From NCBI GenBank assembly GCA_040905425.1, contig JBBDRO010000078.1, forward strand, positions 65,075-96,948: a stretch of DNA of 31,874 nt. Reading direction: 5' to 3'. Of this stretch, positions 9,560 through 18,272 are shown one piece after another. Every line of letters starts with the position of its first letter. Position 1 is the first letter of the stretch. This DNA comes from Gemmatimonadota bacterium. Its GTDB lineage: Bacteria; Gemmatimonadota; Gemmatimonadetes; Longimicrobiales; RSA9. The notes under the pieces are model-generated. The model searched no databases. It saw only the letters and a program-made list of their open reading frames with translations, and was not told the origin of the DNA. Made by a program: the position numbers and the translations under genes.

Positions 9560-10026
9560 ATGATATGGGCCGAGGCCCCGGCGACGGCGGCGCGAGCTCC
9601 GCGGCGGGCAGCGGCGGCGGCCATCCCCGTGAGCGCCTCGGCGCCTGGATCGACGGCGAGTTGGCGGCGGCGGACAGCGTGGCCGTGGAGGTCCACGTAC
9701 GGGGGTGCACCGAGTGCGCCCGGGAAGCGATGATCCTGCGACAACTGGGAGGAGCCATGCGCAACGCAACGTACCGGGGAGAGCGGCGCAGCGTCTGGGA
9801 GGGCGTCCACCGGCGCATCACTCAGCCGATGGGGTGGGTGCTGCTGGTGGCGGGAGCTGTCATCTGGGGTGGGTTGGCAATCTACGAATGGTGGCGCGCC
9901 GAGATCACGGTGGAGTGGCTGGCCGGGACGGCGGCCGTCATCGGCGTGGCGCTGCTGCTGGTGGGCATCGGCTACGAGCAGTACCGGGAATGGCAAGAGA
10001 CCCGTTACAAGGACGTGCAGCTATGA
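9556..10026 (+). CDS. Zinc-finger (zf-HC2/ZAS) anti-sigma factor with two TM helices
   Basis: HxxxCxxC motif (HVRGCTEC). GTGA overlap with the sigma stop codon. Two C-terminal TM segments. Confidence 0.9.
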   Translation: MNDMGRGPGDGGASSAAGSGGGHPRERLGAWIDGELAAADSVAVEVHVRGCTECAREAMILRQLGGAMRNATYRGERRSVWEGVHRRITQPMGWVLLVAGAVIWGGLAIYEWWRAEITVEWLAGTAAVIGVALLLVGIGYEQYREWQETRYKDVQL

Positions 10027-10346
10027 TCGTCACCACGATGGAAGGCGTCCCGGGCTACCGGGTCACGAAGGTGCTCGGGCTGGTGCGCGGCAACACCATC
10101 CGGGCGCGGCACGTGGGTCGGGACATCCAGGCCGTGCTGCGTAACATGGCCGGCGGCGAGATCCGGGAATAAACCAAGATGATGGCGGAATCCCGGGAGC
10201 AGGCCATCGACCGCATGAAGGCGGAAGCCGAGCAGCTCGGCGCCAACGGTGTCATGGCCATGCGCATCACCACCTCCATGATCATGAGCGGCGCCGCCGA
10301 AATCATGTGCTACGGGACCGCGGTAGTGCTGGAGGAGGAGCGGTGA
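10023..10346 (+). pseudogene. ybjQ: YbjQ/UPF0145 family gene interrupted by in-frame TAA at 10170-10172
   Basis: MIVTTMEGVPGYRVTKVLGLVRGNTIRARHVGRDIQAVLRNMAGGEIRE*TKMMAESREQAIDRMKAEAEQLGANGV...YGTAVVLEEER. The frame continues intact past the stop. ATGA overlap with the anti-sigma gene. Confidence 0.85.
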
Positions 10347-10448
10347 GGCAGGCCGCACGGCGGGGGTGAAGGCGCTGGAGCTCACCGCCGGGCAGCCGGG
10401 CACGGACGCCAGGTCACCGCGGGTCACACGAACGGCGCCGCGGCCCGC

Positions 10449-11075
10449 CTAGAGGCGCGCGATGGCCACGTAATGGCAGGCGCTACCCACCAGAACGAAC
10501 ATGTGCCAGATGACGTGCGCGTACCGGACCCGTTCGAGGTGGTAGATCAGCGTGCCGGAGGAATAGACCAGGCCGCCCGCCACGAGCCACAGGAGCGTAC
10601 CCGTGGGAAGGCGCTGGAAGAGCGGCGGCGCCGCCAGGAGAGCCAACCACCCCATACCCAGGTAAAGCGCGGTGGACAGGCGCGGATACCGGTCCAGAAG
10701 CGTCAGCTTGTAGATCACGCCGCCCAGCGCCAGCGCCCAGACGACGCCGAAGAGGATCCAGCCCCACGGCCCCCACAGGCGCAGCAGCAGGAAGGGTGTG
10801 TAGCTGCCCGCGATGAGCATGTAGATGGACGCATGGTCCAGCACACGCAGGCGGGCTTTGAGACTCTGCCGCGTGGCGGCATGGTAGAGGGCGGACGCCG
10901 TGTAGAGCAGAACCAGCGTGGTGCCGTAGATGGCAAAGCTCACGATCCGCCACGTGTCCCCGCCGGCCACCGCCTGGACCATCAGGTACGTTGCGCCAAT
11001 CACGGCCAGGAGTGCGCCGAGGCCGTGCGTTACGGCGTGGAAGCGCTCTTCGTTCAGCGTATAGAATCCGCTCAT
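10449..11075 (-). CDS. Hemolysin III / PAQR family membrane protein (YqfA/TrhA-like)
   Basis: EERFHAVTHG, SALYH, DHASIYMLIAGSYTP, YLGMGW and HVIWHMFV motifs. Confidence 0.93.
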   Translation of the reverse strand: MSGFYTLNEERFHAVTHGLGALLAVIGATYLMVQAVAGGDTWRIVSFAIYGTTLVLLYTASALYHAATRQSLKARLRVLDHASIYMLIAGSYTPFLLLRLWGPWGWILFGVVWALALGGVIYKLTLLDRYPRLSTALYLGMGWLALLAAPPLFQRLPTGTLLWLVAGGLVYSSGTLIYHLERVRYAHVIWHMFVLVGSACHYVAIARL

Positions 11076-11245
11076 GCGAGCCCGCACTCAATGGTTCCGT
11101 CCGGGCGCTCTCATCTCAGGAAACGTGCCGCGCTCCGCCCGGGCCCGGCGCCGGTAGGCCCGGGCGGCGGGGATGGCCCACCTCCTGATGGCGGAGAGCC
11201 GCGACGCGCCCTACCATGAAGCGTCATCCACCCCCGGAGGTAGCC

Positions 11246-13621
11246 ATGCGTACCCGCGCCCTGCCACTCCTGCTCGCCGCTCTGCTCCTGGCCATGCCGT
11301 CGATCCTCGATCCGGCCACGTCCCTGGCCCGCCCGCTGGCCGCGCAGGAGGTTCCCACGCCGCGCCAGTTCTTCGGCTTCGAGCTCGGGGAGGACCGGCG
11401 CCTGGCCAACTGGACCGAGCTCAGCACCTACTACGCGCGGCTGGCGGAGACCAGCGACCGCGTGCGAGTGGACACGCTGGGCACCACCACCCGGGGCCGG
11501 CCGTTCATCATGCTGACCATCACGAGCGCGGCGAACCATGCCCGGCTCGCGGAGCTGCAGGACGTGCAGCGCAGGCTGGCCGATCCTCGCGACATAGCAG
11601 ATAGCGGGGAGCTGGAGCGCCTGCTGGACGAGGGCCGCACCGTGGCCATGATCACGCACAACATCCACTCCACGGAGGTGGGCGGCGCGCAGGTGGCGGG
11701 GCGGCTGGCGCACCGGCTGGCCAGCTCCAACGAGCCGGACGTCCTGGAGATCCTGGACAACGTGATCCTGTTGCAGATTCCGTCGCTCAATCCGGACGGC
11801 ACCGAGTGGGTCTCGGACTGGTACATGGAGACCGTCGGCGGGCCGTTCGAGGGCACCTCCCCGCCCTGGCTCTACCACTATTACGTGGGGCACGACAACA
11901 ACCGGGACTGGTACGCCTTCACCCAGGACGAGACGGTGCACACCGTGCGGGCGCAGAACGCGTGGCACCCGCAGATCGTGCACGACATCCACCAGATGGG
12001 TGGCGGCGGGGCGCGCATCTTCTTTCCGCCCTACATCGAGCCGTGGGAGCCGAACGTGGACCCGGCGCTCACGGCCGGTGTGAGCCAGCTCGGCTCCTGG
12101 ATGGCGGCCAGCCTGCTCGCGGAGGGCAAGCGCGGCGTGGTCATCAACGCCACCTACGACGCCTTCACGCCCGCGCGCGCCTACATGCACTACCACGGCG
12201 GCGTGCGTATCCTGAGCGAGACGGCCTCAGCCAACCTGGCCTCCCCCACTGACGTCCCCGCCGAACGGGTGCGCGGCGGGCGCAACTACGACGCCGCGCA
12301 GCGGAGCTGGAACTTTCCGGCGCCGTGGGAGGGAGGCCGCTGGGGTCTCCCGGAGATCGTCGCTTACATGGACGCGGGGGCCATGGCCCTGCTGCAGAAC
12401 GCCGCGCGCAACCGCCGGTACTGGCTGGAGAACTTCCACGCCGTCAACCAACGTGCGGTGGAGGGCTGGCCGGAATGGCCGGCCATGTGGGTGATCCCCG
12501 CGCAGCAGGACAACGAGAGCGGACTGGCTTACGTGCTCCGCACGCTCACCCTTGCCGACGTGGAGGTGCATCAGGCGCGTGAGGCGTTCAGTGCTGACGG
12601 GCGCACCTATCCGGCGGGCACGTATGTGGTGCCGATGCGCCAGCCGTATGCCGCTTTCGCGCAGACCATGCTGGAGCGGCAACGCTATCCGGACCTGCGG
12701 GAGTACCCGGGCGGGCCGCCGCTCCGCCCCTACGACGTGACGGCGCACACGCTGCCGCTGCTCATGGACGTGGAGGCGGTGGCCGTGGCGGAGGCGGCGC
12801 TACCGGCGCTACCGGCGCTACCGGCGCTACCGGCGCTACCGGCGCTCTCGGAGCCGATCGCGGAGGTGGACTTCGCGTTCAGCCTGCCGGCTGCGCTGCG
12901 CGGCCCGAACGCGCCGCGCATCGGCTACTACAAGTCGGCGCAGGAGCCCATGGAAGGCGGCTGGACGCGCTGGGTGTTCGACCGGCACGAGCTGGCGTAC
13001 GACACCCTCAAGGACGCGCGGGTGCGCGCGGGTGATCTCGGGCGCAACTACGACGTGATCCTGCTCCAGGCGCAGTCGGGCGGTTCCATCACGCGCGGCT
13101 ACGCGGAGGACTCGCGGCCGGCGGAGTACACGGGCGGCATCGGTGAGGAGGGCGCGGCGGCGCTGCGGGCGTTCGTGGAGGAGGGCGGCAGGATCGTGGC
13201 CGTAGAGGAGGCCACGGAGTTCGTGGCGGAGCTGCTGGGGCTGGCCATCCGGGACGCCGTGGATGACCTGCCCAACACGGACTTCTACGTGCCCGGCTCC
13301 ATCGTGCGGCTGGACCTGGAGCCCGGCCATCCGCTGAGCGCCGGGCTGGACCCGCAGGTGCATGGCTGGTACTGGGGCAGCAGCCGGGCGTTCGCGGTGG
13401 AGGAGCGGCGGGCCGAGGTGGTGGCGCGCTACGGCCCGGACAACCCGGTAGCCTCCGGCTGGATCCTGGGTCCGGAGCACCTGGCGGGGCGCGCGGCGGT
13501 GGTGGAGGCGGCCGTGGGTGAAGGGTCGGTGGTGCTTTTCGGCTTCCAGCCGAACTACCGGGCGCAGACGGTGGCCACCTGGCCGCTGCTCTTCAACGCG
13601 CTGGCGGTGCCGCGGCGGTGA
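11246..13621 (+). CDS. Secreted M14 zinc carboxypeptidase with a C-terminal GATase-like domain
   Basis: GGAGG RBS, signal peptide, HSTE (HxxE), NPDG, DNNRDW, DIHQMG. The C-terminus contains EGGWTRWVF and FVEEGG. Confidence 0.9.
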   Translation: MRTRALPLLLAALLLAMPSILDPATSLARPLAAQEVPTPRQFFGFELGEDRRLANWTELSTYYARLAETSDRVRVDTLGTTTRGRPFIMLTITSAANHARLAELQDVQRRLADPRDIADSGELERLLDEGRTVAMITHNIHSTEVGGAQVAGRLAHRLASSNEPDVLEILDNVILLQIPSLNPDGTEWVSDWYMETVGGPFEGTSPPWLYHYYVGHDNNRDWYAFTQDETVHTVRAQNAWHPQIVHDIHQMGGGGARIFFPPYIEPWEPNVDPALTAGVSQLGSWMAASLLAEGKRGVVINATYDAFTPARAYMHYHGGVRILSETASANLASPTDVPAERVRGGRNYDAAQRSWNFPAPWEGGRWGLPEIVAYMDAGAMALLQNAARNRRYWLENFHAVNQRAVEGWPEWPAMWVIPAQQDNESGLAYVLRTLTLADVEVHQAREAFSADGRTYPAGTYVVPMRQPYAAFAQTMLERQRYPDLREYPGGPPLRPYDVTAHTLPLLMDVEAVAVAEAALPALPALPALPALPALSEPIAEVDFAFSLPAALRGPNAPRIGYYKSAQEPMEGGWTRWVFDRHELAYDTLKDARVRAGDLGRNYDVILLQAQSGGSITRGYAEDSRPAEYTGGIGEEGAAALRAFVEEGGRIVAVEEATEFVAELLGLAIRDAVDDLPNTDFYVPGSIVRLDLEPGHPLSAGLDPQVHGWYWGSSRAFAVEERRAEVVARYGPDNPVASGWILGPEHLAGRAAVVEAAVGEGSVVLFGFQPNYRAQTVATWPLLFNALAVPRR
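12795..12846 (+). repeat. In-frame 9-bp tandem repeat (CGGCGCTAC) x5.8 encoding (ALP)5
   Basis: Five perfect units plus 7 nt, read directly from the sequence. Confidence 0.95.
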
Positions 13622-13712
13622 TCATTGCGTTGGCGGCCGGCAGGGCCGATAGTGGGGGGGCTTTGCTTCGGCCAGACTACGGCGCATCCAACCGCCTATC
13701 GGGAGTTCCACC

Positions 13713-15509
13713 ATGCAGGCACGAATCGCCACGGGCATCGTAGTCACGCTCGTCCTTCTGGGGACGGGCGCCATGGCGTACCGCACGCTCGCCGCGCCCG
13801 CGCTGGTGGCGCCGGAGGCCCCCGGAGCGTATGGGTTCCGGCCTGGTGAGTTGGCCCACGACTTCAATTTTCGAACGGTGGATGGTACGCGTGGGCGGCT
13901 CTCCGGCTTGCTGGAGGAGCACCGCGCGGTGGTGGTGGTGATGCGCACCACCGAGTGCCCCGTGTCCAGGCAGTACGGTCACCGGCTGGCGGAGCTGGAG
14001 CGCGCCTATGCCGAGCGCGGCGTGGCCTTCCTCTACCTGAACGCCAGCCCGCAGGATACGCCCGACAAGATTCGTGAGGACATTGCCACCTTCGACCTGG
14101 CGGGTCCCTACGTGGCGGACCCGGACGGGGAGATCGCCACCCTCCTGCAGGCGGAGGTGAGCACGGAGGTGTTCATCATCGATGCCGCCCGCACGCTGCG
14201 CTACCGCGGGGCCGTGGATGACCAGTTCGGCATCAGCTTCGCCAAGCCCGAGCCGCGCGAGCACTACCTGGTGGCGGCGCTGGACGCCGTGCTCGACGAG
14301 CGCCCCGTGGCTGTGTCCGAGACGGAGGCCTCCGGCTGCTATCTGGAGCTGGCCGCCCAGCAGACGGCGCTGGTACCGGAGCGGCCCGTCACGTATCACG
14401 AGCGCGTGGGACGGATCATCCAGGAGAACTGCGTGAGCTGCCACCGCGCGGGGGGCGTGGCCCCCTTCTCACTCGAGACGTACGAGGACGTCTACGGCTT
14501 CCGGGGCATGGTGAGGTTCGTGCTGGAGGAGGGACGCATGCCGCCCTGGTTCGCCAACCCGGAGCACGGCGCCTTCCGCAACGATCCATCCCTCCCGGAG
14601 CGGGATCGGCGCGACGTGCTCGCGTGGCTCGAGGCGGGCGCGCCCGCGGGGGATCCCGGCGCCGCGCCCCGGCCGCTGGTATGGGTGGATGGGTGGCAGC
14701 TCGGGCGGGAGCCGGACGCCGTCGTGGAGCTGCCGGAACCGCAGGACGTGCCGGCCAGCGGGGTGGTGGACTACCGCTACATCTTCGTGAAGACGGACTT
14801 CCAGGAGGACCGGTGGATCCGGCAGATCGAGGCACGGCCGACCGCCCCCCAGGTCACCCACCACGTCATTGCCTATCTGCAGGGCCCCGATGACGAGGGG
14901 CGCGGGGCCTGGCTCGGCGCCACGGCGCCCGGCGTGCCGGCCAACGTCTTCCCTGACGGTACGGCCAAGCGCCTGCCCGCGGGCGCGTGGATCATGTTCG
15001 AGGTGCACTACACGCCGAACGGCACCGCCACCCGGGACCAGACCCGCCTGGGCCTGGTCTTCGCGGACGGCCCGCCGGTGCGGGAGGTGGAAACCACCTC
15101 CGTATCCACCACGCGCTTTGCGATTCCACCCGGCGCCGCGAACCACGAGGTGGTTGCCCGCCGCGGCTTCGAGCGCGCGGGCAGCATCACGGCCATGCTC
15201 CCGCACATGCACGTGCGCGGCAAGGCCTTCCGCTACGAGGTGGAGCGCACGGACGGGACCCGGGAGATCCTCCTGGACATCCCCCGCTACGATTTCAACT
15301 GGCAGCTCTTCTACGAACCCGCCGAGCCCGTCCACGTGGCCCCGGGCGACGAGCTGGTGGGCTACGCCTGGTACGACAACAGCGCCGGCAACCCGGCCAA
15401 CCCCGATCCCACCGCCACGGTACGCTTCGGTGAGCAGACCTTCGAGGAGATGATGTTCGGCTTCTTCGACTTCGTACCGGACGAGCCGCTGGCGGCGCGC
15501 GGCGGCTGA
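13713..15509 (+). CDS. Exported redoxin + cytochrome c + copper type II (PHM/DBH-like) monooxygenase fusion
   Basis: N-terminal signal/anchor. Redoxin segment (ECPVS, YRGAVDDQF, SGC). Heme motif CVSCH plus MPPW. Copper ligand motifs THHV, EVHY, PHMH and EEMM, plus YDFNWQ. Confidence 0.85.
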   Translation: MQARIATGIVVTLVLLGTGAMAYRTLAAPALVAPEAPGAYGFRPGELAHDFNFRTVDGTRGRLSGLLEEHRAVVVVMRTTECPVSRQYGHRLAELERAYAERGVAFLYLNASPQDTPDKIREDIATFDLAGPYVADPDGEIATLLQAEVSTEVFIIDAARTLRYRGAVDDQFGISFAKPEPREHYLVAALDAVLDERPVAVSETEASGCYLELAAQQTALVPERPVTYHERVGRIIQENCVSCHRAGGVAPFSLETYEDVYGFRGMVRFVLEEGRMPPWFANPEHGAFRNDPSLPERDRRDVLAWLEAGAPAGDPGAAPRPLVWVDGWQLGREPDAVVELPEPQDVPASGVVDYRYIFVKTDFQEDRWIRQIEARPTAPQVTHHVIAYLQGPDDEGRGAWLGATAPGVPANVFPDGTAKRLPAGAWIMFEVHYTPNGTATRDQTRLGLVFADGPPVREVETTSVSTTRFAIPPGAANHEVVARRGFERAGSITAMLPHMHVRGKAFRYEVERTDGTREILLDIPRYDFNWQLFYEPAEPVHVAPGDELVGYAWYDNSAGNPANPDPTATVRFGEQTFEEMMFGFFDFVPDEPLAARGG

Positions 15510-15510
15510 C

Positions 15511-16230
15511 ATGAAAATACTCGTAATCGATGATGACCCGCTCATCGTGGAATTCGTCCGGCGCGGCCTGGCCGAGGACGGCTACACCGTGGACTCCGCC
15601 GGTACCGGCAGCGAGGGGCTGTATTGCGCGCACATCAACAAGTATGACGCCATCATCCTGGACATCAACCTGCCGGACACCAGTGGCATAGCCATCGCCG
15701 AGGGCCTGCGCGCGGAGGGAGACGCAACGCCCATCGTCATGCTGACCGCCCGCTCGGGCACCGACAATGTGGAGCAGGGGCTGGACGCCGGCGCCGACGA
15801 CTACCTGACCAAGCCGTTCGACCTGCGCGAGTTGCGGGCCCGCCTGCGCGCGGCCACGCGCCGCGGCGGAGCCACGCGCACCGAAGAGTTGATCATCGGC
15901 GCACTCACGCTGAACCGCATCAACCACGACGTACGCGTTGGTGAGCGACCGTTGCGCCTCACCCCCACGGAGTACCGCCTGCTCGAGTATTTCATGCTGC
16001 GCGCGGGGGCCATCGTGTCCCGCACCGAGCTGCTCGAGAAGGTCTGGGAGATGCACTTCGATCCACAGTCGAACATCGTGGACGTGCATGTGGCGCGGCT
16101 ACGCGGGAAGATCAAGGGGAAGAAAGGGGTCCCGGAGCTGGAAACGGTGCGGGGCTTCGGCTTCCGGCTGCCGGAGGAGGCGGAGGTGGCGGAAGTGGCG
16201 GAGGAGGAGGAGAAGCCGGAGGAGGCGTGA
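15511..16230 (+). CDS. OmpR/PhoB family response regulator, CusR/CopR-like
   Basis: REC domain (DDD, LDINLP, GADDYLTKPF) and winged helix VWEMHFDPQSNIVDVHVARLRGKI...TVRGFGF. Starts 1 nt after the upstream stop. Confidence 0.93.
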   Translation: MKILVIDDDPLIVEFVRRGLAEDGYTVDSAGTGSEGLYCAHINKYDAIILDINLPDTSGIAIAEGLRAEGDATPIVMLTARSGTDNVEQGLDAGADDYLTKPFDLRELRARLRAATRRGGATRTEELIIGALTLNRINHDVRVGERPLRLTPTEYRLLEYFMLRAGAIVSRTELLEKVWEMHFDPQSNIVDVHVARLRGKIKGKKGVPELETVRGFGFRLPEEAEVAEVAEEEEKPEEA

Positions 16231-16246
16231 GGCAGGGCTCGGCGGG

Positions 16247-16657
16247 CTAGGAGTTCGCCGCCACGACCTGTGTTACGAGGTAGCGGCCGCCGTCCGGCAT
16301 GCCAACCTGACCGGCCGTATCAAAGCGCGCGGGGATCCCCGGCGTCATCGTGGCGGTGAGCTGCCGCCGCTCCAGCCGCAAACCGTCCGCCGCCGGCGTC
16401 CAGATCAGCGTCGGGGCCGTGCTCGGTGCCCCGGCGGGGTCGCTGGCGCGCACCACGATTGTTTCCCGTAGAACCCGCGTGTTCAGCGCGGCTGGGGCCG
16501 TATCCGCCACCCGCAGCGCCCCGGCTTCCATGCTCACGTCGATCCGCACCGCCTCCAGCGGCTCCACGATCACGGCCGAAGCCGTGATGGTGTGCTGCGC
16601 CGCCGCACCCGTAGCCGTCAGGGTGGTGAGCGCCAGCGCAAGTGCGAATCCGCGCAA
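16247..16657 (-). CDS. Secreted beta-rich protein, degenerate DUF4402/pilin-like subunit
   Basis: GGAG-8 nt-TTG, signal peptide ending AAA|Q, N-terminal TITASAVIVEPL, C-terminal GGRYLVTQVVAANS. Confidence 0.65.
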   Translation of the reverse strand: MRGFALALALTTLTATGAAAQHTITASAVIVEPLEAVRIDVSMEAGALRVADTAPAALNTRVLRETIVVRASDPAGAPSTAPTLIWTPAADGLRLERRQLTATMTPGIPARFDTAGQVGMPDGGRYLVTQVVAANS

Positions 16658-16701
16658 AATGGGATCTCCGTGGGCGAGAATCGGTCAGGATGCCACGACA
16701 A

Positions 16702-16719
16702 CATTACAACCTTGTAATG
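16702..16719. promoter_or_regulatory. Cop/CusR-box-like inverted repeat
   Basis: CATTACAA-CC-TTGTAATG with perfect 8-bp arms, 44 nt upstream of the start at 16657. Overlaps the CPBP stop codon. Confidence 0.65.
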
Positions 16720-17570
16720 ATTGCGCGCAAGCTCCTTGATTCCCACCACCAGACCACCAGCACCGCCCCGAGGGCCATAAGCACCACCTGGGCCACCCGC
16801 GCCGCCGCGGACATACCGAGCAGCTCGCCGCTGAAGTTGTGCATGAAATGGAGCATGATGACGGCCAGTACGCTGCGGCGTGTACCGTTGTACACCCAGG
16901 CGTAGAGCACGGCGGCGGGCAGGAGGCCGGCCAGGAAGCCGAGCGGCGTGGGGCGGGCAATTTCGAAGACGTCGAAGAAGCCGGGCATCAGGAAGAGGGG
17001 CAGGTGCCAGCTCCACCATACCAGGCCTACCGCCAGGCTGGCGTACAGGGCGCTCCACCGCTCCTGCAGGCGGTCCTGCAGGTAGCCGCGCCAGCCGATC
17101 TCCTCGGGTAGCGGGCCGATCACCAGGATGAAGCCGATCAGGGCCATGAGGCCCATCGGGTCCACGGCGCGCGCGGCGGCGCGCCCCAGGTCGAGCGGCG
17201 GGCCTGCACTGCCCACGAGCGCGGCCAGGCCTCCGGCCAGGAGCGTGAGCAGGGGGAAGAGGAGGAGCGTAACCGCCCACCAGCGGGGGCTGACCCGGCG
17301 CGGATCCACCAGCCGCGGCCCCAGCTCGCGCAGCGCGGCTGGCCCGCCGCTGACCCGGGTCATGACCACGCCGCCGATCATCACGCCGGCGCCCCCCACC
17401 AGGAAGAGGTAGCGCCCCGGCGCCTCCCATACGCTGCCGCCGGCCAGGGAGGCGAGCGCCCAGAAGGCCCAGGTCCAGCCGTGCGAGAACGCCAGGAAGC
17501 CCAGGACGTCGCGGGTCAGGGGCCCGGAAGACGCCCGCGCCGCGCTCACCTTTGGGCCGTGGTCCGCCAT
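16704..17570 (-). CDS. CPBP (CAAX protease/Abi) intramembrane metalloprotease
   Basis: EEIGWRG, WWSWHLP and LHFMHN motifs. TATATT lies 6 nt before ATG 17570, suggesting a leaderless transcript. Confidence 0.9.
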   Translation of the reverse strand: MADHGPKVSAARASSGPLTRDVLGFLAFSHGWTWAFWALASLAGGSVWEAPGRYLFLVGGAGVMIGGVVMTRVSGGPAALRELGPRLVDPRRVSPRWWAVTLLLFPLLTLLAGGLAALVGSAGPPLDLGRAAARAVDPMGLMALIGFILVIGPLPEEIGWRGYLQDRLQERWSALYASLAVGLVWWSWHLPLFLMPGFFDVFEIARPTPLGFLAGLLPAAVLYAWVYNGTRRSVLAVIMLHFMHNFSGELLGMSAAARVAQVVLMALGAVLVVWWWESRSLRAIITRL

Positions 17571-17638
17571 GGCGCGAATATACAGCCGCCCGCCGCCGGG
17601 GCCACGATCCCTGCGACGCGCGTGGGTCACAGCGTCAG

Positions 17639-18142
17639 TCAGTCACGCTCCCGACGCTCGACCTCCGGCGGTGGCGCGTGCGCCGCGGCCGCCTCCACGT
17701 ACGGCCGCGCCGCGTCATGGCGGTAGACCAGCTCGCCGCCCGCAGCGCCCACGGAGACGGCCGCCGCCAGCACGCCGACGGATCCAGCTGTGGCCAGCAG
17801 GCGCCCGGCACTGCCCACCGTGCCGCCGAAGAGGCCCGCACCCGACACCAGCAGCAGGATGCCCGACAGCAGCAGGAAGCGCTCACCCGCCTCCTCGTGC
17901 TCGTGCAGCACGCGTTCCCCGACCACGGCCTCCACGCGGTCCTCCTCGGCCTCCCCCGTGGCCAACGCCACCCACGCCGACGCGGCCAGCGCCGCCGCCA
18001 TGGCCAGGGGAATGGCCCAGGCCCGCATGGGACGCGCGCCGCGGCTGATTGCCAGGAGGGCGCCCAGCGCGAAGATTGGGAGAAGGACGGCCAGTACGAT
18101 GGGGAAGTGGACGATGGCGGGGTGCAGTGGATCTGGCAGCAT
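17639..18142 (-). CDS. DUF2231 family membrane protein (putative heme b-binding)
   Basis: AAGGAG RBS. LHPAIVHFPI, HEHEEAG and GGELVYRH motifs. Four TM helices. Confidence 0.85.
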   Translation of the reverse strand: MLPDPLHPAIVHFPIVLAVLLPIFALGALLAISRGARPMRAWAIPLAMAAALAASAWVALATGEAEEDRVEAVVGERVLHEHEEAGERFLLLSGILLLVSGAGLFGGTVGSAGRLLATAGSVGVLAAAVSVGAAGGELVYRHDAARPYVEAAAAHAPPPEVERRERD

Positions 18143-18201
18143 GGTACGCTCCTTTGTCGAGGTTGCCCTGAATCTGGCCTCGCGGAGGGGCGCCACACCA
18201 T

Positions 18202-18264
18202 CCGACATCCGTAGGGCACGCCTCCCGGAATGCGTTCTGCCCGTGTATCTCCTACGGATGTAGG
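18202..18264. promoter_or_regulatory. Paired inverted operator between divergent genes
   Basis: CCGACATCCGTAGG (18202-18215) and CCTACGGATGTAGG (18251-18264) are 13/14 reverse complements. Each is a CC(T/G)AC-N4-GTAGG pseudo-palindrome. Confidence 0.6.
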
Positions 18265-18272
18265 GAGGCGGG

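Noticed and set aside
10170..10172. Stop-codon reassignment, selenocysteine or pyrrolysine
   Set aside because: The codon is TAA, not TGA or TAG, and TAA serves as a normal stop for the genes ending at 16704 and 22039.
11135..11167. CCGCCCGGGCC inverted repeat as a REP family shared with the 2611 hairpin
   Set aside because: Pure GC and short, with too few copies to separate from chance.
12795..12846. CRISPR array or phase-variation tract
   Set aside because: No spacers, and the 9-bp unit preserves the reading frame. No CRISPR repeats or cas genes were seen anywhere in the window.
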